This document shows, in pieces, positions 25,958 through 38,797 of a stretch of DNA of 64,000 nt. Both the position numbers and the translations under genes were made by a program. The stretch comes from Antedon mediterranea (Eukaryota > Animalia > Echinodermata). The notes under the pieces were generated by a model, which was not told the origin of the DNA, ran no database searches, and saw only the letters and a list, made by a program, of their open reading frames with translations. Numbering within the stretch: position 1 is the stretch's first letter; every line of letters starts with the position of its first letter. The DNA lies in the NCBI RefSeq assembly GCF_964355755.1, contig NC_092676.1, positions 23,702,871-23,766,870 on the forward strand, read 5' to 3'.

Positions 25958-28822
25958 TTATATTGGTGTACAAAAATGCATTTGGTCAAGTTTAATAATC
26001 AACAGAAAAGGTGAAAGCTAAGAATTAATCCTCAATGGAAAAAAGATTCCCTTTGAGGTATTGAAGGTGACAAAAGATTAAGAAAGCAGACATTCACACT
26101 AACAATGTAATCTGGCTTGGCACCACCATCCCTGAGGATGTGGCCACATGCTTAGGAGGAAAATGACCACTAGGCCTGACCAGAGGGTATGACCCATAAC
26201 CAATAAAGATATCAGTTGACCTCAACATCAGGGTCAGTAAACTTTAGTTGCACTCTTATATCAACAATAGAAGATAATAGAGAGGAAACAATTAATTTAA
26301 GCAATTTGATAAAGAAAAGTATGATTATCCAGTTATATAGCACTTGAATTAAAGGATTTATATAAATAAGCCCTGTTCTTTGAGTATGAAAAACATGTTA
26401 TTTAACATTTGGTGTGTTTAGGAAACTGAAAACTTCTTATTCCACATACAAATCGATCATTAATCATTCCATAACTACTTTGTGCAAAAATTTAAACTAT
26501 TAATATTTAGTGTTCAGGTTTTATTATCAGCTGATGTTCCAGTTCTTTGATTCCAGAAAAATGTTCTGGGGTGATTCTGTACACACAGCCAGCCAAGGGT
26601 AAGCAAACTGGCACCATTTTATGTTCAGCCTACAAACCACACAACCTGGATAAACTCCCTGTGGAATAATACCACTTGTTGGAAAGACAAGGCAATGCAT
26701 AAATCTGTCAATTTAACTGATGAACTAATTTCATTAATTTTCCCCCTGAAAATTCTCTTTAAAATTGAATTGCCTAATGGGGATTATGTTAATTAGGATG
26801 ATGGGTAAACCACTAAAAACTATTAAAGAACTCTAAATTTATGGTTCTTGTGGTATTCTTAAGATAGTGACAAAAGACTGATAACTATGTTCTAGACAAA
26901 TTAATTAACTAAAGAATGTGTGTACTAATTTTCTATTATGGTGACTTAATCTATAATTTAAAATATTTTCTGTTTTATCTGAGTATTATCTGTTTTAATC
27001 TAGTCTATCTTTATTTTGATACTCATATATTTTTATATTGTATGTTTAATTGTTTTAAGGATGCACCATTATTATGTGTGCCGCTGTTCAAAAAGCGTTT
27101 TCCAAATAAATTATTATTATTATTATTATTATAGAGGGTGCTATTTCATCATGACAGAAACAGGGCTCTGAAAGCTGTTGATGAAACAATGGAATTCAAA
27201 CAACTTGTTTCTTATAATATAAACAAATCATTTGAAACTTTGATGTAGAACCATTTTAGTACAAGGACTGACTACTAGCAAAGGCATTCAAATGATTGCC
27301 AAAAATTGTTAAGAAATTAAGTCATGAGTTTTGTATACCATAACCTATAATCCAGACACATAAATCTTAATGGCAATATAATATTCCACATTTGTTTATA
27401 CCTTAAAACATTCATTTGATATCAAATAACCTAATTAATGTTTCAAAATTCCATTATGTTTTTTTTTAAGAAATGACAAAAAAAATAATAGTTTTAACAT
27501 CACATAAAAAAAATGAAACAAATCAATTTCTTACAGTACAGTATAGCTAGCAACTACTGCATAGTGCATTTAAATGGAAACAAATTTAAGGGGACACTTT
27601 TCTGTTAAATACTATGGTCAAACCCCTATTTGGGGGTTGTGGGGGAGGGGGTCGTACTAGAGTATAAGGGGAAATACTATTCTTCCTGGAAGTTGTTCAC
27701 TAGGGGTTCGACTGCTCTATAAACACAAAATTGACAACAATGAGCATGATGGTGACGAAACACCCCTGTCAAACTTAAATACTAGCAGAAGGGACCTTTG
27801 ACCTAATACGCTTTGACATCTAGACAATATGACTAGATAGTGAACCCTAGAAATTCTCAGTGGGCAGGTGAATAATAAAATTGGAAGATGTGGAGACCTT
27901 GAGGGAAGTAAGAAAACACTGAGATGGAATACCAGGATATGGTGAAGACCTTCCATAGGGAATTCTTTCAATTTGAGGTAAAAAAAAAGTTGGTTTGTTG
28001 TTTACAACCTAGGTTCAATGACTTGTATGTTGTCCACCTACTTTTTATAGGTAATGTGTAACGCTTTTGTCATTTTTTTCTGCTAAAAAAAGTTTTTTTT
28101 TTTAAATGACAGTAATTTGTAACTTATGTCAAAAGACAAATTACCATGACTTTTCCAAATTTGTGGATTATAGCTATAATTGAATATATTGTTTTAAAAC
28201 ATTTTAGCATCGACATGTCACAAATTGCATCTGGCGCAGTATTAGTATATATACTCCATCTAGGTGCAGTATTTATTGGCCATTCAAAGTTTTAACCAAA
28301 GAAAAATCTTTTTTTCTCATCTTGAAATGTAACGAACCCCTTTTAAAGGCCATTTTCAACATAATCTTATTATGATTTTGCCTACAGCATATTATACCAG
28401 TAATGGGATTTTAAAACACTTTTTAAATATCTGTCTGAAATGTCAGACATATTTAGTGTATAGTTACATTGTTAAATGTTGTGTTGTATGTATAAAAATA
28501 CTTTGGAGACATTATCAACACTTTTGTATGTAACTTTAGTTATTTATTAGTTCACTTCTGATAAATCATTGTAAAGGTGGAATGTGTTAACAATTTCCTT
28601 ATTTTGTTACATTTATGAATTGTTAAGTCATGAATTACCTATTAAGGAATGTAAAAACATGTACCAAAACTGAAAGAGCAATTAAATGTGTTGACAACAA
28701 GTGATTTATTAAAATATTATTACCTTTTTATAATGTAGAATTCTTAATATGGTACCTTTTATACAGTATTACAATTTTTAACACTATTACTTAATCGTTT
28801 TGTTATATATATATATATATAT

Positions 28823-29023
28823 AAACACAAGAGGCAAAGAACATTATATATATAAATCCAAAGGTAAATTACTGAAAAAATGACAATGCTGTGGGTATCA
28901 GTGGCTGGATCTCAATGGAGATAAAAAAATAAAAAGCAAAAAGCTAAATCAAAACTATAAAGTAAACAGCCAGAAAAGTTAGCAGAGCTTTCGGGCAACA
29001 CTAGCTCTTCATCAGTGCAAGTG
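28823..29023 (-). mobile_element. Penelope-like terminal-repeat remnant between (TA)n tracts
   Basis: Flanked by (TA)n at ~28804-28822 and 29024-29050; carries a hammerhead core; homologous to 38650-38797. Confidence 0.6.
28982..29018 (-). ncRNA. Minimal type I hammerhead ribozyme motif
   Basis: GCA-CUGAUGA-A-GAGC-uaguguu-GCCC-GAAA-GC-UC^UGC: core boxes, stem I GCA/UGC, stem II with one mismatch, palindromic AGCU in place of stem III. Confidence 0.62.
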
Positions 29024-29664
29024 ATATATATATATATATATATATATATAAATCATACTGTAAATTATAGAAACAGAGGTATTTATACATAAATAGTACA
29101 AACAGAAGGCAACATATTAAAAAATGTGCCTGTAGGAAACAAAATATAAGGTTTACAAACTAAAAAATAATAAATTATGGTAAGAAGTCTGACAAATACT
29201 GCACTGTATATTTAAAATGAATTAACAAAAACTTTTTTTCTAGAATTTTGATGATGGAACACCTCCACTCCCCTTGAGCCTGGTTCTGCCAACTATATAA
29301 AGTTATATAATAAATAATAATAATATCCTAGATTTATAGTGCCTAATGTTTTGAAACCTCTAAGCGATGAACATTATTACCCCCAGTCATAATTTTGGAT
29401 CAAACATGTATGGAAACATACTCCCATAAAATATTTAATAATCATAGAAAATATTGAAAAAAAAAAAAAAACACTGGATATTTAATAACAAGTATTTTTA
29501 TGTGATTGGAATCAAAGTTGTTAACCTCAATTACCCTTTGTGGTTATTATTTCCAAGGACAGAAAAAAAAGAACCATCAATCTTAAAAGAAAAGGATATA
29601 ACTTGACCAAAGGCAATGTTATAACAGCATAGGAAATTGTATTCCATCGGAGAAAACAATTCTA

Positions 29665-29776
29665 TGGATGTCTAGAAAACTCAGATCTAGAAAACTCAGA
29701 TCTCAGATATATCTGAGTTTTCTAGCTAGAAAACTCAGATCTGAGTTTTCTAGATCTGAGATTTCTAGACACACCA
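29665..29776. mobile_element. Multi-palindromic mini-element with 6-8-bp flanking direct repeat
   Basis: Alternating CTAGAAAACTCAGAT and ATCTGAGTTTTCTAG units; (CA)ATTCTA on both sides (29657-29664, 29775-29782). Confidence 0.75.
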
Positions 29777-32700
29777 ATTCTAGTAGTTATAGTTGTTGAA
29801 TGCTAAATTTCTTAGTAATGTCTTGTTTATGATTTTTTCTTGATGTTATAATATGTTTTTTAATGTTTGATTAATGTATTTAATTAATTATTTTAATGTA
29901 AATTAATTTTAAAATGTTTATATCTGTAAAATTGTACTCATTTCAGCCTTTGACTGCCTGTACGATTTCTTTGGATGAATGAATAAATATACCTTGAATA
30001 CTGTTCTATCTTTGCTCTCTCTACAAAACCTACCCAAATGATTCTGGATGGATGCAGATGAGTAATTAATGTCAATTTATTCTACTTTTAATTTAAAAGG
30101 AGATTGGGATGGCAGACACTCCCTAATTTCAATATCAATTCATGATTTTAAGTGTCTTATTTTGAAGGATCTGGGTGGCATCATTAACAATGGTTCCTCC
30201 TTGTGGGAGCTCAGCAGCCTCACGTAACTCAACAAAATTAAAATTATAAAAAAAAAAAATTCATTTTCTTTTCTTTACTCGTTTAATCAATTTCGTTTGC
30301 TGGACAGTTAACATACTATGCCAAACATCACAAGCGTACCAATAAAAATAAGTGTCTAAATGTAAGTAACATACATCAAAAAGGTCACCACTACGGGCGT
30401 TAATTTTCTTTCTATCAATTGCAACCCTTTTCTGTAACCAAATAAAAAGGGGACTGGGCAGTATTCATGTAGATCTATGGGCGCGTTTATACAACACGCT
30501 ATTACACGCATATTCTACACGCCTACGAAAAGTGTGTTGTATAACAACAAAGAGATTCCGTGTAATGAGATTTTAATTGCAAAAAAGGCTACTTGGCTGA
30601 ATCCTAAAATTTGGTGGATTCCCGGTCGCCGTTACCGTGTTGGAAGTGTCCTCAGGGTATATTTTGACCTCTCGTTAAAACAGGTCGTAATATCAATCAT
30701 GTCATGCGACATTGCTAACAAGATTGGGCCCATTTATTGCTGCTTCGCTGCCAGCAATCATCCTCCTACCACGTCTTACGCCTAGCCTAGTGGGGCCAAC
30801 TCGTAGTGGTAGTAGGCATCTATCGTTTCCCACTCCAAACAGAATAAAAAAAATAACATCGCAAAAATGGCATCTTCTTCCATAGTGTATAGATGAAACA
30901 ATGAAACCCTTAAAATAACTTTTATTAATTTAAATGAACCGAGAACAAAATAAACAACAATGCAAACGTGAACGAATACAATATAATGAAAATGGTAAAA
31001 ACCGCGCGAATCGACAGCGAGGAGGCGACGATGATTGTTGACAACTCAGCCAATTCAAGCGCGATCAACGATTTGACCTTTTATCCTAGCATGCACTGCG
31101 TGTTGATGAAACTTCCGGTATAACACGGTATCGTGATTTCTAGTATAACAGCAAACGTTAAGGTGGGTTGACCTCGGTCCGAACAACACGCTAAAAATTA
31201 AAGCCGTGTTCAAATTTAGGGTGTTGTATAAACACGACCTATTAATAGGTAGGCTACCTTGTAATCTAGAACTAGAGTGGTCAAAACTATTAGAAAATTC
31301 CTCAACAGCTGGACAAGGTATGCTACACAGCAATTAAGAAAGATAACATGCATCTCAACTTGCAAGTAATTACTGTCAAGAACACTATCTAATCTACATG
31401 GACGCTATATTAACACAGTTATTGAAATCAGTTAGTATGCTGGCCTCATTTAAAACTCAATTCAGATTGTTAAAGAATATCCTTAGTCTTGAGTGGTCTA
31501 TTTTTTTATCATTTAGAGTATCATATATTGGAGACATTTGGTAGGATTGGTAGTGTATAATTTGAGCTTAATTATAGGCGGATAAAGACGAAAAAAATAA
31601 CCATCTTGGATACATACCATCTCACAGATATTTCACAAGACATGCGACATCAAATAGATTTCAATATACTGTAGAATAACTGTACCCAACTTCTCTAAGT
31701 TAACTTTGAATATGATATTTTCATTTGTGACAGATTTGGTTCATAAATAATCAAACAATTCTGTTCTGTCTATTAAAATAAAATATATTGCCCTAATATT
31801 TTCAACTAGGTCATCATTAGGTATATTATTAATATATTTTTGTAATAAATCTAATGTCTACCTAGATAATTGGTTTCTGAATCTTCAATAAACGAACTGA
31901 AAATAATCAGTTAAGTGACATACCAAAAAGCTTCAATTTTCAATTATTTCAAATATTAAAATAAAAAATAAAAGCATATCATACTATTGGTTTCAATATT
32001 TCTTCTATTTCTAAACTCATATTTTATTTTATCGTTTTTTAAATAATGTAACTGACGAGCTCTATGCTGAAAATATTTTTCATTACCCAAAAGTCAAATA
32101 TTACTTTACACTTACAGCAAAGTTATTGAAATTTAAAATAAACTTAACCTTATAAAAGGTCATAAATCCTAGTGAAAAGATTTTAAATACACAAACAATA
32201 TTGTTGAAAATACAAACAAGCAAATATGAGAACAGAAAAACTATAAATGACTTTAAAAATAAACTTTATGTACAATAGTACAAAAAGTTTAAAGCAATGA
32301 AGCATATTAAGATAATATCATTTTGATTCCACTAATATTTACAGATCCTCCTCCCTTTACTAAATATGTGAAACCAAGCGTTAAAATAGACAATTTCCGA
32401 TTCAATACTTTAGGTTTAGTTTACATCGAATACTTTGTTTAGAATATAAAAAGTATTGATTCAAGAGAACAAGTGGCGGCATTAAATATCTTATAGACAT
32501 ATTTGCACCATTAAAACCAATATTTTTATGTTTTACTGTCTCTAAAATGACACCCAATTTTAGGTAGTGTATCTAAATTGCTCATCACATGTATTTCATC
32601 ATAGTATTATAATAACCATATCATAGTACTTAACATACAGTAACATTAGCATTATGATGCTGTATTAAGGAATCTTCCTATGATTCTTGGGAAATATTGT

Positions 32701-35700
32701 CGTGTGTGGAGATACAGCACCGAGAATCTGGTAAAAAAGAAGCTATAAATAAGGCTTTGTAGCTGGCCCTTTACAGTATTATAAGATGATGGATCATTTG
32801 CGATATTAAATGTACTGTTTATAATTCCTGGAGAAAATTTATTTCCAACATTTTTCTCTATGGATGTATATCATTGGTGGTAGACAAACATTTTATCATT
32901 TAATTAGTAAGCCATAAACAATTCACACCTGATACAACCTCAGACATAAACATTAACTGGTTTAGCTTAAATACAAAAAGGATTTTAAAGCTTTTAACCT
33001 GGCAACTCCATAACGAGAAAACTATCTCCATCCAAAAGCTATCCAGATTTAAAAGATCTAGCAATTAACCCAGAAAAATGCCACAGATCGCCGGCAGATT
33101 GGCTCCTATGAATGAACAATGAATATATTAAACTTTATTTTTAAACAGATGGTAGAAATGATTATTATCTTTTAATTTAAAACATTATCTAAAAATAGAA
33201 TTTAAAATTATATTCATGTGCTTGTTCATTAAGATATTATTTGATTACCAAAGTTGTGAGGTATTAAATTCAAACTATCTCCTAAACTACCCAGCAGATT
33301 AGAAAGACAGACTCTAAATCAAAATCACAAGATGAGTTTAAAATGAGTGCAGGAAGACTAGACTATAGTTTCTAGTCTGTGTCTAGTGCTCTACCCACTT
33401 CCTACCACAACAAACTACTCTTTTGGTTTCACATCACAAGTGATGTACTGACGTACTGTACCCATACTTTTATTTGGCAGATACTGTATAGTACTGAAAA
33501 ACATGTGTGGATTGGGGAAGGTGGGTGGGAGTGAGAGTGGGTGGTACTCAATCAGGTAAAGGTAAAGTACTGTATCCCCTTTTTAAATCAATATGGAATG
33601 TTTTTTGGCAAATGGATAAATCAAAATGAAAATGTAAAAAGGCCAATTTACACAGACGAGCGGTAATGGTAAGCAGAAAACCATGTAGCGTGTCTAGCAT
33701 AGAATCTGTCTCTTAAATCCTGAACGAGTTTCCGCTCAAACGGCAATCTATTCACTAATCAGACTGTATCCTTATATTAAAAAACATGCTGCAATTTTGT
33801 AGTTCTTAAATATGAAAATGTAAACACGAGTCGCATACAAAGTAAGACATTTTGAAAGAGAGTATAACACACAATTCATAGCATTATTTTAACTATAAAT
33901 CTGCATGTCAAAATTTTTGTAAATAAATTACAACACACCACCTACTACTGTACTTCCACAATTGTGAGAAAAGTATTAAAATACATTGCCACAGGGCTTC
34001 CTTATCCTCCTAATGGAATGGCATGCTACCAAAGGTGATGGCTTAAGATATAGTAATTTATGACAATATCATTATTTAATCTCAAGGTCATCGCAGACAC
34101 TCATTCTCATTTATCTTACTTGTTAATCTGAATATTTTATACAATGATCAACCAACAAATATATATTTTTCAGATAAACGAAACAATGTACACTTATTAT
34201 AATATAAAGTCAAGAAAGTCAACATATCAGGATGATATTGGTGGTTTGTGGACCATACCATTTTTGGAGAGGAGTGTCTAATGAATTCTCCACTTTGAGG
34301 AGAATAAGGCACTTTTCGATTTATCCAGGTAAGCTAGGCACGAAGTAGACCAAGAAAGCCAATATATCATGATGATGAATTTTAGTAACTGTGAAGTAGC
34401 TAAACGCATTAGATGTATTGCCCTACTCTAGGCTAATATCATTTTGAAATTTAAATTTTTTAGTGTAGTATAGTATAACAGGATAACTGGAACCACTCCT
34501 ATTCACAGGGCACCCATTTTAATTTTTTAATTTCCCAATGTAATTTACAATGGGTTTATATGTAACACTTTGGCCAACAATTTAATTATCAAACAGCATT
34601 TTAGAGTATCCACTTACTGATTTATCATCATTGTACAGTTTTCATTTCAACCATAAAATATTAAGTTAATATTAACTCATTTCCTCCATGATACAAACAA
34701 TAATTTCTAAAGATAACTTTGACATAACTTTGCTAACACAATTTAAACAGTAGCATTCCAAACAGGTTTTTAATTTCTCCCTGATGAAACAAGATAGCAG
34801 ATGTTAACATATCTTGGAATTATCCACACTGGTTTTTTGAGTGACCTTGTAGGATTTAATGGATGCCTGCTGAAAGGTAGTGTTGATAAATTGTCCTCCA
34901 AATAAATGTTAAATGTCCATAGATGGATTCAAGGGGGAGCCCCTAAATTGTGCAAATTGTAATGCAAAAGATAGGGCACTAATTTCAGTTAGGCACCTAA
35001 AATTTGCAATTTTTAGTCTCTTGCCGAGACCACACACCCTCCACGGATTTTAAATCATGGATCCATCACTATTGTCTCTATGTTGAAGTTCATTAACAAT
35101 CCAAATTCAACCAAGCTTTTTAAAAATGCATAGGAATAACATACATTGTACTTGGTTTGGATACAGATTTACTAATACTACAGGTTTTTTTTTAGATGAG
35201 CCAGTCTTTTAAGTGTCACCCATAAACAAGGCCAAGTTTACGGTAAATGTAACGCTTCAAAAACAGGCTCATCTCAAAACAAAATTGACTCATCATATTA
35301 ATACCATGTGCATCATCAGTTGTTATGGTAACCGCATCATTACTCAACATGGTAAACAACCTTACACATGTGCACAGCAGGTAGGCTGATGAATGACTAC
35401 AATATTTGAAAAAAAAGTATTAAAAAATGTATTGATTAATATTAAAGATTGATGTGTTTAGTGTAAACAGTATCACCTGTTACATACTAGTTTTATTTTG
35501 CCCAACTAGACCAATTCCAACTAACCCCACCCCAACCTTATCAATAGATTTAAATCTAAAAAGCCCCCAGTACAGTTGGTAAGGTTTCAACATGACCATT
35601 TTTCACATATCCCTTTGATAACCAAGTACTAGTAGCTTGAACAGAGATAATTGTTTCTTTTCCTTGAGAAAACTGGACCACTTTATTTCTTGTCGCTACA

Positions 35701-36814
35701 TTACTTCACCCCTATGATTGTAAATACTTTTGAAAAATTGTTTGTCAATAAATATTTCGTTTACATTTTCTGGTACAATTGGAATTTAATTATAACCATG
35801 CATTCTTCGCGAATTATTATTTTTTAACCTAAATCCAGTCATTTGAAACGAACTGTATACAAACAGTATCATTATAGGTATCTTTAATAGAAATTCATCA
35901 TATAGGGCTAAAACTGGAGCTTTGTTCTTCTTCAAAGGGGTGGTTTTAATAGTACACTTCAAATAACGTTGTTGACTCCCTATTTAGGACTATAATGGGA
36001 ATAATATTTAACCCATTAACATGGATGGATGGACACCTTGAATACAGGGGGATCAATGTAGCATGTAAACTTATGAAATTAAATACAACTTGTATTTGTT
36101 GTTTTTGGATGTATACCAACATTTGCATCTAAATATAACTAAATCCAATATAGTATATAGAGCTCCCTGACGGAGTCGCATTAGGTATAAACACTTTTAA
36201 GGGTTAAATAAATCTTTAAAACATATAATATTAACGTACATGCCCATGATGTCTGATATAAAAGGTCAATATATTTTGTGAAAATATCTGAATGAGTTTA
36301 AATGTTTAATTTCAAATAAAATATATCACATACACAAGTACTCTGATGAAACACAAATATGTAATTCTATAATTTTCTTGATTTTCAGATAAATTAAAAG
36401 CAAAAGCGCACCTTTGATGACTCCTTCACAAATAGCATAGATGCAGATCAACATATAAATATGGTATTATGTCTAACGACAATAAATAGCCAGCAGTATC
36501 GTGTCTGTCAAGTGTAACTGGACCATACCATAGCACACTACTACAGTATCCAATAGGATGAAGATTGATACTGTAGCATTTTATTTTCAAGACATTATAG
36601 TGTTCGTGTATCAGGTATTTTTTCTATGAAAGAAAATTACATTTATTCCAAATTATATGTGACTTAGTGTACTATAATCTTTTTTGGTATGACAGATCAA
36701 CGGCTTAACATCCCATTTGAAGGATGCAGCAAAGTGAAGCTTAAGGAGCAAACAAGACATGATGCATACATTATATATCAAAACAATATTTAATTAGAAA
36801 AGGTTGCATTAAAA

Positions 36815-36960
36815 ATACTATAGTTTGACAAAAAAATGTGTGATACTCCCAAATATGGTAGTGATACAGTATGTCCAAACATGGTAGTGTTATAACATCA
36901 TCATGTCCATATATGGGCACATCACATTTTTTTGTCACATAAAGTTTGATAGTGTAGAAA
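36815..36960 (-). mobile_element. MITE family A copy, reverse orientation
   Basis: AGTTTGACAAAAAAA...CATATATGGGCACATCACATTTTTTTGTCACATAAAGTTTGATAGTGTAGA. Confidence 0.8.
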
Positions 36961-38649
36961 AAAATAAAGGACATTTTAATTTAAAACATTACACTAGTAC
37001 TGTAATGTATGTTAATCTTTTTATAATAAACTTGAATATTTTACCATTGAGCAAAAAAACCCCTTTGGCCAAAACAGATTCATAAATACACTGTATATTA
37101 CTTTATTATGATGGGAATTCATAATTGATATATCATTTATGAGAATGTACATTGACAATTCAATTTAAAATGTTGACCTTTCAGATAGAAATTTACAATA
37201 ATATTTTTTTAGTTAGCCTGAAAAAAGTAACCTCGCGCAATTTGATACAACGACTTTAATTTCATTTGCGGTCTAAATAAATGGCGGATAATGAATAAAA
37301 CCAGGAAAATTTATTAGTGAAAATTTATCAAATTAGTAACAACATTGCCTCCGGCAATCAAGCTACCAGTCCTAAGAATTTTAAATGAAAGTATTTAATT
37401 TCGTGCTAAAGAAAATCCAAAACATATTCGGTTTATTGTTGGGGGCAGGATGAATCCGGCTTCCGGAGGAATATTCTGCACCGGAGAACATTACAATTCC
37501 TTGTGGATTAATAGTTAAAGGCGATTACAAACCATGTCTCGGCGCTGTACAAACAACACTTAATTTGCCGGCCATGTTGGAGATCTGATGATTCACGTAC
37601 AATTCAGGATGTAAATAGTTTTTTCCTAGAAAAATACTTCTCGACATGGTTGCTCAATTATTCTTTTAGTGCTTTTTTTTAAAAAGTATTTGCATAAAGA
37701 CTTATGGAGTATAAATTGACTTATACCAACAGCCAAGTTACTAAAATATCAAGATTGTAAAAATGATTTGTTTAATTTGTGTGAAGTTAAATAATGAACC
37801 AAATTTTAAAGTAGGTTTTAGATTCAAATGATTATCTTCAATGCTTAGGATCTTATGGTGAAAAATGCTTTCCTGTGTCTTTGAAGATAAAACCCATAAC
37901 TTAGACATTTGCAGAGATAGGGTCAATCGATGGTGAAAAGTAAGCTGACTGGAAAGCCTTAAAAATTAACATAAGTGGACATGAATTATGGTTTGACATA
38001 TCACTATCTATCTCACTACCCTAAACTACCACATACAGTACATCCAAGCCACCATTACTACAGTACATCCAAACATTTTATACAAGAATTCAATTTTCAA
38101 GAATTTCAGAAATAAAAGTTTGTCATCAATTCCTTTAGGTCACATTGTTCTCTTCTTTAAAACTTTACATACATCAATTGAATACAAGAACACATGACTG
38201 CTTTCTGTTTTATACTTTCATGCCTAATTTGTTGTCTATTCGCATGTACTCAAGACAATTTTCAATTTACCAGAATAGGTTATTAACCATTTGAACTATT
38301 CATAATAGATTATTATTATCATGCTCAGGAGCATTTGCCTGGATGGTCTGTTTCCCCTTATAAATAATAGCTGACCAAGATATGAACTATGATATAACCA
38401 CAGCTTAAGTGCAGCTTACAACACAGAGTATGAGATAGAATCTACATCTAACAAACAGTGAATAATGCATCATTCTAAACAAACATGCCCAAAAATTATA
38501 AAATGAAAAAAATTTTCAATTTTTTCAAATTCAAAACATTTATTTCTCTTTACTTTTCTATATACTGTACAAAGTGTGTGATAAAATAATTATGATAGGA
38601 ATAATATGTTTACATATTAACTTTATAATGTTATACTAATCAAAATGCA

Positions 38650-38797
38650 AATTACTGAAAGATGACAATGCTGTGGGTGTCAGTAACTGGATCTCAGGTA
38701 GAAATGTCAATTAAAAATAAGCAAAAAACTATAAAATCTAAACAATAAAGTGAAACAGTCATAAAGAAAATGCAGTGCTTTCGGGTAACACTAACCG
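38650..38797 (-). mobile_element. Second, truncated copy of the Penelope-like repeat
   Basis: AATTACTGAAA.ATGACAATGCTGTGGGT.TCAGT..CTGGATCTCA ... GCAG.GCTTTCGGG.AACACTA shared with 28867-29003; lacks CUGAUGA. Confidence 0.65.

Noticed and set aside
30477-30785. 102-aa ORF in the CpG-rich island
   Set aside because: No recognisable motif; longer chance ORFs are expected at higher GC.
32053-32075. Second hammerhead candidate CTGACGAGC..GCTGAAA
   Set aside because: Stem II only 2 bp with the wrong register; no stem I/III or cleavage triplet.
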